This document shows, one piece after another, positions 10,901 through 18,242 of a stretch of 64,000 nt of DNA. The notes beneath the pieces were generated by a model that was not told the origin of the DNA, did no database searches, and saw only the letters and a program-made list of their open reading frames with translations. Both the position numbers and the translations under genes were made by a program. The stretch spans positions 1,312,001 through 1,376,000 of the forward strand of contig OY970368.1 in NCBI GenBank assembly GCA_963718615.1. The letters are read 5' to 3'. This DNA is from an uncultured cyanobacterium (GTDB lineage: Bacteria; Cyanobacteriota; Cyanobacteriia; PCC-9006; JAAUQQ01). Position 1 is the first letter of the stretch. Each line of letters starts with the position of its first letter.

Positions 10901-12089
10901 CACCGCCCACATCTCCTACGCCCTCGGCATCGCCCTAGGCCGCTTCGGCCCCAACGGCGAAGGCATCCTCTCCCCAGCCTCCAATCCCCAAACACCCAAC
11001 CGACCCTCAAACGCCACGATCCCCCTTTCCAAGGGGGACCTAGGGGGTCGCCTTGCCGCTTCAGACACCGAGCCAACCGAAGCCCTCCCCCACGGCATCC
11101 TCTACCTCTCCGCCTACTCCGGCGATCGCCCCGACAGCCCCGACAACCTCAACCACCCCGCCTGCGCCCCCCTCCGCACCGCCTGGGAGCAGCACCGTCG
11201 CGACATCGATCGCAAAAAAAACCTCCACACCTGGCTCCGCGAAAAATTCTTCAGCGACTGCCACCTCAAACAATACGAACAACGCCCCATCTACCTCCCC
11301 CTCAGCTCCGACAAAAAGAACTTCGTCGCCCACCTCTCCATCCACCGCTGGACCAACACCAGCCTCCAAACCCTGATCGCCGACCACCTCCGCCCCGACC
11401 TCACCCTCCTCGAAGGCGAACTCGCCGACCTCGGCAGCGCCCTTAGCCCCAGCAATCTCCAAGGCAGCACCCAAGACCAAGCCAAAGCCGAAAAACGCCG
11501 CAACGACCTCCTCGCCCTCCGCCAAGAACTCGAAGCCTTCATCCGCCTCGTCCAGCAATGCGCCGAACAAGGCCCACCCCCCGCCAGCCCCAAAGACCCC
11601 CCCCGCGAAACCAACGCCCGCTTCATCATGGACCTCGACGACGGCGTCATGATCAACAGCGCCGCCCTCTGGCCCCTGCTCGAACCCCAAGGCTGGAAAA
11701 AACCCAAAACCTGGTGGAGCGAACTCTGCACCGCCAACGGCAAAAAAGACTACGACTGGAGCCACCTCGCCGCCCGCTACTTCCCCAGCCGCGTCGATGG
11801 CAAATGCCGCACCGACCCCAGCCTCGCCGTCGCCCACGGCTGCTTCTGGCGCTACCACCCCGCCAAAGCCTACGAATGGGAACTGCGCCTCCAAGACGAA
11901 ATCGGCCCCCACTTCACCCTCGACGAACCCGACTCCACCCCCTGCCGCCAGGACTTTGAAACCAATCACCCCGACCAAGCCGCAGAATTAAAGGAGAAAG
12001 AAACCAAACGCCGGGAGCGCAAACACAAAAAAGAAGACAAAGACCCACACTCAACCTCAAACGAAGCCCAACTCGCCCTCAACCTTTAA
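7917..12089 (+). CDS. pglX: BREX-6 adenine-specific DNA methyltransferase PglX
   Basis: LGWVYQYW, TQMFTERYMVEWL, ILDPACGSGHFL (motif I), VGNPPY (motif IV), DLDDGVMIN C-terminal signature. Confidence 0.95.
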   Translation: MTAAVALLTADAKTKLSSTIRGLRDRLLTDLHNAADSAYKLSIRDRTQAGLTEAQRRKRQRLEEWLDEQLRAELGKQTPVKGKPVKPPTKAAERQIWERHLRDAEKLAAATLLNRLVVIKQLEAMGEIKPKVVTGGWESPGYRDFRDFAPELCRADAGDGTEGYSFLLQLLFDELALELPGLFGPVGQMTGLTELFPVPEATLRHVVEQLNQPELESAWGDDTTLGWVYQYWNDPEREALDAKLNGGGKVEPHEVASKTQMFTERYMVEWLLQNSLGQQWLAICAGNGWVPWVESEGVLARLAARRAEWRAKREAGEVALDALMPIETALEGRWKYWVEQPGVRGSQSLTSIRDIKILDPACGSGHFLVIAFDLLVALYEEEARHRGVDWSGAEIGEWILANNLHGLDLDPRAVQIAAAGLFLKARGLGARVSRLNLVASSLSLATLPGDDPARVALQVEVEAATGIPAQLTEQIVAALAGADAWGSLLRVDEAVDRAIREFEAGVQLELGAGAPLSRQEQAAGRGVGGEGLRALLVERLEAFLARCTRSDDLGLRLRGEQLAAGVRFIRLVREGAYDLVVGNPPYQGSSKMAEDGYLKRHYPRGKADLYAAFLERGLQLAKPGGLSALLTMRNWMFISQYSAIREYLIDNFDLRSLGDFDRGAFDEVPNEVLAVVMSVFRNQPPSGELSVALQPTPFDDLSYDRQRTNRKRAAVLAQLGRFEFRSDRFEAIKEKPLIYWWDEEFLKRYAETSKVGEEAPVKFGANTGNNSRFIRSPWEVQSNSIYAVKTFATNALSSTFRWVPYIKGAAGKVWFENLSHIIKWQQQALELKVSVVHNYGEAGLNWKICNSQYYFEPGIAFVMIGAGFSARAHRYKSVIDSMGTSVFSNDLSEVTCLLNSYLSKTIATALNPSIHFQVGDVNRLPLFPIESADEIFIQLDRAFTQHEAARETSIEFKQPGPTCWPYAQTWAQQAVDRPAGTPLPEWQPEYENPEPTAHISYALGIALGRFGPNGEGILSPASNPQTPNRPSNATIPLSKGDLGGRLAASDTEPTEALPHGILYLSAYSGDRPDSPDNLNHPACAPLRTAWEQHRRDIDRKKNLHTWLREKFFSDCHLKQYEQRPIYLPLSSDKKNFVAHLSIHRWTNTSLQTLIADHLRPDLTLLEGELADLGSALSPSNLQGSTQDQAKAEKRRNDLLALRQELEAFIRLVQQCAEQGPPPASPKDPPRETNARFIMDLDDGVMINSAALWPLLEPQGWKKPKTWWSELCTANGKKDYDWSHLAARYFPSRVDGKCRTDPSLAVAHGCFWRYHPAKAYEWELRLQDEIGPHFTLDEPDSTPCRQDFETNHPDQAAELKEKETKRRERKHKKEDKDPHSTSNEAQLALNL
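9457..9508. repeat. Small dispersed palindromic repeat inserted in frame in pglX
   Basis: ctcctctctc..gggagaggggttgggggtgaggg, encoding PLSR..GRGVGGEG; resembles common cyanobacterial small dispersed repeats. Confidence 0.6.
11020..11049. repeat. Small dispersed palindromic repeat inserted in frame in pglX
   Basis: tccccctttccaagggggacctagggggtc hairpin encoding IPLSKGDLGG. Confidence 0.65.
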
Positions 12090-12093
12090 GACC

Positions 12094-12124
12094 GTAGGCT
12101 GGGTTGAGCCCCGCGAAACCCAGC
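12094..12124 (+). repeat. GTAG-type REP-like hairpin
   Basis: GTAG followed by the hairpin gctgggtt-N11-aacccagc, just after the pglX stop. Confidence 0.65.
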
Positions 12125-12158
12125 AATGCCATCGTTTAGAACCGTTTAGCCAGCCACC

Positions 12159-12417
12159 ATGCCAGCCAGAGACCTTTTCCATAATGCAGTCGTTCACGCC
12201 CTTCAAAAAGACGGGTGGACTATCACCGACGATCCCCTTACGATTCGCTATGGTAAAGATCGTGTCTCCATCGACCTGGGTGCAGAACGACTCCTGGCAG
12301 CAGAACGCGGAAACGAGAAAATAGCAGTAGAGATCAAAAGCTTCCTTTGAGCAATATCAAGTCCAGTTACTTGTTTACGATCCAGATCAGGAGGTTATTA
12401 CTCAATGGCAAGCTTAG
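12159..12417 (+). pseudogene. xisH: XisH family protein with internal deletion
   Basis: MPARDLFHNAV..LQKDGWTITDDP..IDLGAE..IAVEIKSFL then stop; another frame gives the C-terminus QVQLLVYDPDQEVITQW*, overlapping xisI. Confidence 0.82.
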
Positions 12418-12788
12418 AAACAACACCAGCAAGCACAAGCACAAGCACAAGCACAAGCACAATCGAAACCTATCGCCAGTGCATTCAAGCCCTGCTAAAA
12501 GAATATGGGCAACCCCCAAAGAATGATCATGATATCCAGACGCAACTCATCTTCGATACGACCCATGACCACTACCAACTGCTAGAAGTGGGTTGGGAAA
12601 ACGAAGAACGCATCTATAACTGCATCATGCATCTCGATATTCGAGATAGAAAAATCTGGATTCAGCGCAATATGACAGATATTAGCCTTGCTAAGAGGTT
12701 GGTTGATGAAGGGATTCCTAAAACTGATATTGTGCTCGGCCTGCATCCCCCCAAGAGGCGGCCCTATACAGAATACGGTGTCGCTTAA
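12405..12788 (+). CDS. xisI: XisI family protein
   Basis: QLIFDTTHDHYQLLEVGW..HLDIRDRKIWIQ..GIPKTDIVLGLHPP.RRPYTEYGVA. Confidence 0.92.
   Translation: MASLETTPASTSTSTSTSTIETYRQCIQALLKEYGQPPKNDHDIQTQLIFDTTHDHYQLLEVGWENEERIYNCIMHLDIRDRKIWIQRNMTDISLAKRLVDEGIPKTDIVLGLHPPKRRPYTEYGVA
12432..12461 (+). repeat. (AGCACA)5 in-frame microsatellite at the xisI 5' end
   Basis: Five perfect hexamers encoding STSTSTSTST. Confidence 0.9.
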
Positions 12789-12804
12789 GCTTAAAACTAC
12801 AACC

Positions 12805-13008
12805 ATGACAAGCAAACAGACTACATCCCCGCCAGACAACTCAAATGAGCAGCTCCTGCTCAAATACTGGCGATTGCTGCCCGAAACACATCAGCAATAC
12901 GTCATCGACTATGCCGAATTCCTAAGGCAAAAGTATGGCTCAAAGACTGACTCTGCTGAAGCAAAGGAAAACATAACCGAGCCTAACCCAAATCCTACCA
13001 ATCTATAA
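12805..13008 (+). CDS. Small DUF2281-like putative antitoxin
   Basis: LLKYWRLLPETHQQYVIDYAEFLRQKY motif; ATG at 12805. Confidence 0.6.
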   Translation: MTSKQTTSPPDNSNEQLLLKYWRLLPETHQQYVIDYAEFLRQKYGSKTDSAEAKENITEPNPNPTNL

Positions 13009-13053
13009 CAGTTTTCTGATGCCATCTCACTTCAACTTTGAGGATATATTGTC

Positions 13054-13464
13054 ATGATTCCGATTCAACTCAACCTACCTGAAAGTATCACTTCCATCAC
13101 TAAAGGTACACCAGAGGAGTTTGTACAGGAGCTACGCTTGGCTGCTGCTGTCAAGTGGTACGAAGTCGGAACCGTATCTGAGTCACAAGCTTGTGAAATT
13201 GCTGGCATTAGTTGCCAAGCCTTTCGAGAAGCCCTCGATCGCTTTGGCGTCTCCCCTTATGTTGTCGGCGTTCGACAAGCCATCCTCAAGCAGATTGGCG
13301 ACTCCCCCTTGCCAGTCAGCCCCGAGGAGCTGGAATCAGAGATCTCTTGTCCTCCGCTCTCTGGGCCATTAACTCGCTTCATTGGTGCAGCTAAAGGAAA
13401 TTACAAGTCTGTGGAAGAGATTGACCAATTCATCCGTGAGGAACGTGATTCATGGAAATTCTGA
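13054..13464 (+). CDS. UPF0175-domain antitoxin with C-terminal extension
   Basis: ELRLAAAVKWYEVG.VS..QACEIAGIS...F HTH; GAGGA RBS; overlaps the downstream PIN gene. Confidence 0.75.
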   Translation: MIPIQLNLPESITSITKGTPEEFVQELRLAAAVKWYEVGTVSESQACEIAGISCQAFREALDRFGVSPYVVGVRQAILKQIGDSPLPVSPEELESEISCPPLSGPLTRFIGAAKGNYKSVEEIDQFIREERDSWKF

Positions 13465-13904
13465 ATCTTCTCCAGGGCGATCGCATCTACCTAGACACCA
13501 ACATATGGATCTATGCACTAGAAGAAGTTCCTGAGTTTTCCCAGTCCCTAATGGCCATCTTTCAGGCCATTGAACAAGAAACCATCACAGCGCTCACAAG
13601 TGAACTGTCCTTGGCCGAAGCCCTGGTTCGACCCATTAAAAATTCCAAGCCCCGTGACCAAGACATGTATAAACAAGCTATCGTCAGCGCTGGGAATCTA
13701 CAGGTCATGCCAGTTGATCGGACGATTCTGATCCGAGCGGCTCACGTGAGAGCTGAAACCAAATTGAAGCTCCCGGATGCCATTCATGCGGCAACCGCTC
13801 TATTTACCCAATGCACAACCTTCTTGACCAACGATAAGCAGCTCGGAGCCATCCCCGACATCACAGTCCTTCTCCTCTCCCAGCTCAACGCCGAATCGAC
13901 CTAG
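13452..13904 (+). CDS. vapC: VapC family PIN toxin
   Basis: IYLDTNIWIY, SELSLAE, LPDAIHAATA, FLTND acidic PIN motifs. Confidence 0.9.
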   Translation: MEILNLLQGDRIYLDTNIWIYALEEVPEFSQSLMAIFQAIEQETITALTSELSLAEALVRPIKNSKPRDQDMYKQAIVSAGNLQVMPVDRTILIRAAHVRAETKLKLPDAIHAATALFTQCTTFLTNDKQLGAIPDITVLLLSQLNAEST

Positions 13905-13909
13905 AATTA

Positions 13910-16852
13910 ATGCCCCAACTCGGCCCCATCACCCAAACACTCGAAGAAGAAATCAAACGAGACCTACGCCAGCAGGGCCTCATCATCTGGCTCGACAAAG
14001 ACGCCCACTACAGCGCCTACGTAGACCAGCTGATCGATCGCCATGCCCACAACGACTTCTTCGCCCCCGTCATCGCCTTTCGCGGCAGCTACCTCCAGCT
14101 TCTCTTCGACCTCGAAACCTACGGCAACGGCCTTGACCCGGATCGCCTCCTCATCCACATGCCCGGCCACAGCGAAGAAACCATCCGCAAAACCCCCCTC
14201 CTAGAGCTATACCTCCCCGGCAAACGCTTCCGCAAAGCCCTCCCCACCCTCGTCCGCGAGGCCGCCACCGGACGCCTCGCCCCCGATGAGATCGAAACCT
14301 ACCTCACCCACGGCCTCACCGACCTGGCCAGCGCCGAAACCTGGCTCACCACAGCCATCGCCCAACGCCAAGGCCACAACGACCCACACCGCAGCGACCT
14401 GGAAAACTACCTCAGTGGCCTCAGCCTAGAATGGATCCTCGAAGGAGCCCTGGGCCTCCACCCCGAATTTCAACAGCGCGTCAACAGCCTTGAACTGGGC
14501 CTAGAACTCGCCCAATACCTCACCCGCCACACCGGATTTAGCGATGAGTTTAGACGGTTTTACCTCAGTGACCGCACCGGTTCCCGCACCACCGGCTCCA
14601 TCGCCGAAGCCTTCACCGCCTGGCTGATGTGCGTCGAATACGTCCAGGATCTCCAGCGTGAGCCCCACCTCCCCGAACTCCAACCCCTCACCCAGCTCTC
14701 CGCTCCCCTCCGCCAAACCTGCCTGAACTTGGTCCATCACCTGCGGGACAAGCAACCCAAAACCTATCGCCAGCTCGCCCTACGCGTCGAAGGCCACCTC
14801 GAAAAAGAAATCGACCAAGTCGAAGCCACAGACCTCGGCAAGATCGACACCTTCCGCTGGGAAGAAAACAAAATCCTCGACAGCGCCCTAGCCGCCCTCG
14901 ACAGCGCCCACTGGCAGACCGTCCTCAATGCCTCCAGCCCCCGCATCGATAACAAATCCTTCTGGCTCAGCCAAGACCCCGAACGCGCCCAGGAATGGAG
15001 CCTAATCCACAGCGCCGCCCTCTTGGGCACCCGCCTGCGCGCCGCCCCCGATCCCCTGGCCGATAGCCTTAGTCTCGCGGATGCGATCGCCGTCTATACC
15101 GAAACCGCCTACCGCGTAGACCAAGCCCACCGCCAATTCGAACAGCAACGGGCCAAGCTCTTCGACTCCGCCTTGCCCCACTTCAGCCAGCTCCTCAGCG
15201 CCGCCGAAGCTCTGCGGGCCGAGTACCGTGCCTGGGCTGACCGGTTGTGCGATCGCTTCTGCCAGCTCTGCCAAGACCAAGGCTTCCTGCCCGAACCCCA
15301 CCTGCAACAGCGCCACCTCTTTGACCAAGTCGTGCTACCCCTGACCACAACCCACGGCGGTCGTAAGCCCACCAAAGTCGCCTACTTCCTGATTGATGCC
15401 TTCCGTTACGAAATGGCCGCCGAACTGCTGCCCCAACTGGAAGGCCCCAACCAAAACAGCGGAATTCAGGCCCATCTCAAAGCTCGCTATGCCGAACTGC
15501 CGACCATCACCGCTGTCGGGATGAACCTGCTGGCTCCGGTGAGCAGCGGCGGCAAGCTCACTGTTGCAGGAACAGACAAAAAGTTTGCTGGGTTTAAGAC
15601 CGGAGAATATACCGTTAAAGACCCCAAGAGCCGGGAGCGAGCCATGGGCGATCGCGCTGTAGGCAAACACGGCACAGTCATGCTGAAGCTAGATGAAGTG
15701 AGCGGCCTAGACCATACAACCCTCGATCGAAAATGTGACAAAGCCCAGCTCATTATTGTTCACAGTAAAGAGATCGACGACGCAGGAGAAGCCAACGTTG
15801 GCCCCCTCGCCTTTGCTGAGTTGCTCAAGCAAATCAAGTCTGCTTGCAATCGATTAAGGGCGATCGGCATTGGCGAATTTGTCCTCACCGCCGACCATGG
15901 CTTCTTACTGCAAGAAGAGACCTTTAGCAGCGTGGACCAAGGCACGAAGAAAACCCCGGAGCGTCGATACGCTTTCTCCCTCCATCCTGAACAGGGTAAC
16001 AAAAAGCTTTCGGTTTCCCTCGGCAGCCTGGGCTATCTAGATAAAAATGGGGGCAAAGAGGGCCATTTGATTTTCCTGCGCAGCACCGAGGTCTTCACCA
16101 CCGGCACCAAGGGCGCAAAATTTGTCCATGGCGGCAACAGCCTCCAGGAGCGTGTTATTCCGGTGTTGACCCTTTCGACGCGAAAACAGGCCCCGCTCAA
16201 TCTGCTGCGCTATCGCATTGAACTCGAAGCGGGCGAGAGCGTCATGAACCTGCAACGCTTGCAAGTCAGCATCAAGTCTGCGGCGGAGGCCCAGGGCGTG
16301 CTCGATTTCACCCATCCTCAGAAAAAAATTAGCTTGGGACTGCGGGTGCGCGATCGCGCCGATATCCAGGTCCGCATCAAGGGAGTCACCGCCGCAGAAA
16401 TGGCCAACCAGCAAATCTTGCTCGCCCCCAACGCCGACAAACCCGCCGAAATCTTCTTCGACCTCACCGGCCCCTACGACGAGCGCGTCCAGCTAGAGGC
16501 CTACCATCCCGACGGCATCGAAGAGGTTGAAGCCTGTCTCTCCCAAGCCTTTTTCCCAGTTGCAGGGGCACCAATTGAGAAAACAGAAGATTCAAAATCT
16601 AAGACGGTTGCACCCAAACCTCCCCCTGTTGCCACGGGCTGGATCGACAACTTCGAAGATGAGTCCCTCCAAAAGGTTTTCCGCCACATCGAAGACCATG
16701 GCTCACTTCATGAAACAGAACTGATTCAGATGCTAGGTAGTGCTCGAAAAGCTCGAATGTTCTCCAGGGAAATTGATAACTATCAACTCAAAATTCCTTT
16801 CACGATTCGTAGTGAATCCACTGCCTCCGGTAAGCGATACGTCAAAAACTAG
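13910..16852 (+). CDS. pglZ: BREX-6 phosphatase-family protein PglZ
   Basis: FLIDAFRYEMA, ELPTITAVGM, LTADHGF, FVHGGNSLQERVIP. Confidence 0.93.
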   Translation: MPQLGPITQTLEEEIKRDLRQQGLIIWLDKDAHYSAYVDQLIDRHAHNDFFAPVIAFRGSYLQLLFDLETYGNGLDPDRLLIHMPGHSEETIRKTPLLELYLPGKRFRKALPTLVREAATGRLAPDEIETYLTHGLTDLASAETWLTTAIAQRQGHNDPHRSDLENYLSGLSLEWILEGALGLHPEFQQRVNSLELGLELAQYLTRHTGFSDEFRRFYLSDRTGSRTTGSIAEAFTAWLMCVEYVQDLQREPHLPELQPLTQLSAPLRQTCLNLVHHLRDKQPKTYRQLALRVEGHLEKEIDQVEATDLGKIDTFRWEENKILDSALAALDSAHWQTVLNASSPRIDNKSFWLSQDPERAQEWSLIHSAALLGTRLRAAPDPLADSLSLADAIAVYTETAYRVDQAHRQFEQQRAKLFDSALPHFSQLLSAAEALRAEYRAWADRLCDRFCQLCQDQGFLPEPHLQQRHLFDQVVLPLTTTHGGRKPTKVAYFLIDAFRYEMAAELLPQLEGPNQNSGIQAHLKARYAELPTITAVGMNLLAPVSSGGKLTVAGTDKKFAGFKTGEYTVKDPKSRERAMGDRAVGKHGTVMLKLDEVSGLDHTTLDRKCDKAQLIIVHSKEIDDAGEANVGPLAFAELLKQIKSACNRLRAIGIGEFVLTADHGFLLQEETFSSVDQGTKKTPERRYAFSLHPEQGNKKLSVSLGSLGYLDKNGGKEGHLIFLRSTEVFTTGTKGAKFVHGGNSLQERVIPVLTLSTRKQAPLNLLRYRIELEAGESVMNLQRLQVSIKSAAEAQGVLDFTHPQKKISLGLRVRDRADIQVRIKGVTAAEMANQQILLAPNADKPAEIFFDLTGPYDERVQLEAYHPDGIEEVEACLSQAFFPVAGAPIEKTEDSKSKTVAPKPPPVATGWIDNFEDESLQKVFRHIEDHGSLHETELIQMLGSARKARMFSREIDNYQLKIPFTIRSESTASGKRYVKN

Positions 16853-16899
16853 GTCCTTGTCTCGTAGGTTTCTATTCCTGTTGTTTCCCTCTGGTTATC

Positions 16900-18228
16900 A
16901 TGACTATCTCCCAACGCGACATTGAACATATCTTCGAGCGCCTGCGCTCCGGCGTGGTCCCCGAGCGGGGCTTAGAGGCCTTCGCCGTTGGCATCGACAA
17001 ACAGCGCAATGAAATCCATCGGCAATTGAGTCTGGCAGGCGATCGCGAAGGCGTCTTCAAATTCCTGCGGGGCGGCTACGGCTGCGGCAAGACCTTCATG
17101 TCCCAGCTCACCGTCCTCGATGCCCAAACCCAGGGCTTCGCCACCAGTTTCATCGTCGTCTCCGACAACGACCTCCACTTCTACAAGTTCGACGACGTTT
17201 ACCGCAAAATCGTCCAGGAGCTGGGCACGAATCAATGCCCCAAAGGAGCCCTCAACGACATTATCGATCGCTGGATCGGCAGCGTCGAAGATGCCCTGAT
17301 CGATGGCGGAGCCAACGAAGACAGCGATGACTTCGATGCCCAGGTCAAACAGCGCCTGGAAGAAGACCTCGCCTCCATGACCAACGGCAAAGCCCCCGAA
17401 GACATGGCCCGCGTTCTCCGCGCCATCTTCGAACTCAAACAAGCAGGCAAACTAGCCGAAGCCAGTGCCCTGATCTCCTGGCTCTCCGGCAGTGAGAACG
17501 TCGCCGCCACAGCCAAAAAAGTGGCAGGCATCAAAGGCGACATCGGCAGCCGCGAAGCCCTCGACTACCTCCAGGGCATCCTCGCCATCACCCGCGCCGC
17601 TGGCTACCAGGGCCTCGTCATCGTCATCGACGAAGCCGAAACCATCCTGCGGATGCGCAATGACGTGCGCGGCAAATCCCTCAACGGCATTCGCCAAATC
17701 TGCGACGCCGCCGATAAATACCCTGGTCTGCTCTGGGTCTTCACCGGCACCCCCGAATTCTTCGACACCAAGCGCGGCGTTGCCGGACTTCAGCCCCTGA
17801 ACGACCGCATTGAGTTCCTCTCTGGCTCGAAAGACAACAGATTTTCCAATCCTCGCCAGCCTCAGCTCGAACTCAAACCCTTCGATGCAGCACGCCTAAA
17901 AGAAGTCGCCCTCAAGCTGCGAGAAATCTACCCCACCCAAGATCAAGCCTTGCTGCGCACAAAAGTCCCCGTTGAATTTATTGAACGGCTGGTGGAGCAA
18001 GTGACAGCGGGCTTCAAAGGGGATGTCGGTGTGGTCCCCCGTCAGTTTCTGCGCCGCTTTGTCAATGTTCTAGATTTGGTGATTCAGAACCCGGACTACA
18101 ACCCCATGGCCGAGGAAGGCTTTGAGCCCGTCGATCCCACTGAAGACGAACAGCGTATCCAGGAAGGCAAACCGCCCTATGACCCTGAGCCCGAGGATGA
18201 AAAGGGCTATGAATTGGTTGAATTTTAG
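16900..18228 (+). CDS. brxD: BREX ATP-binding protein BrxD
   Basis: LRSGVVPERGL, GGYGCGKT Walker A, IVIDEAE, NPRQPQL. Confidence 0.92.
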   Translation: MTISQRDIEHIFERLRSGVVPERGLEAFAVGIDKQRNEIHRQLSLAGDREGVFKFLRGGYGCGKTFMSQLTVLDAQTQGFATSFIVVSDNDLHFYKFDDVYRKIVQELGTNQCPKGALNDIIDRWIGSVEDALIDGGANEDSDDFDAQVKQRLEEDLASMTNGKAPEDMARVLRAIFELKQAGKLAEASALISWLSGSENVAATAKKVAGIKGDIGSREALDYLQGILAITRAAGYQGLVIVIDEAETILRMRNDVRGKSLNGIRQICDAADKYPGLLWVFTGTPEFFDTKRGVAGLQPLNDRIEFLSGSKDNRFSNPRQPQLELKPFDAARLKEVALKLREIYPTQDQALLRTKVPVEFIERLVEQVTAGFKGDVGVVPRQFLRRFVNVLDLVIQNPDYNPMAEEGFEPVDPTEDEQRIQEGKPPYDPEPEDEKGYELVEF

Positions 18229-18242
18229 GGAGGAGCGAAGTC

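Noticed and set aside
8634-11991. Long alternative-frame ORFs over pglX (e.g. 11061-11978 minus, 305 aa)
   Set aside because: Low-complexity shadows caused by the extreme skew and scarcity of stop codons; no family motifs
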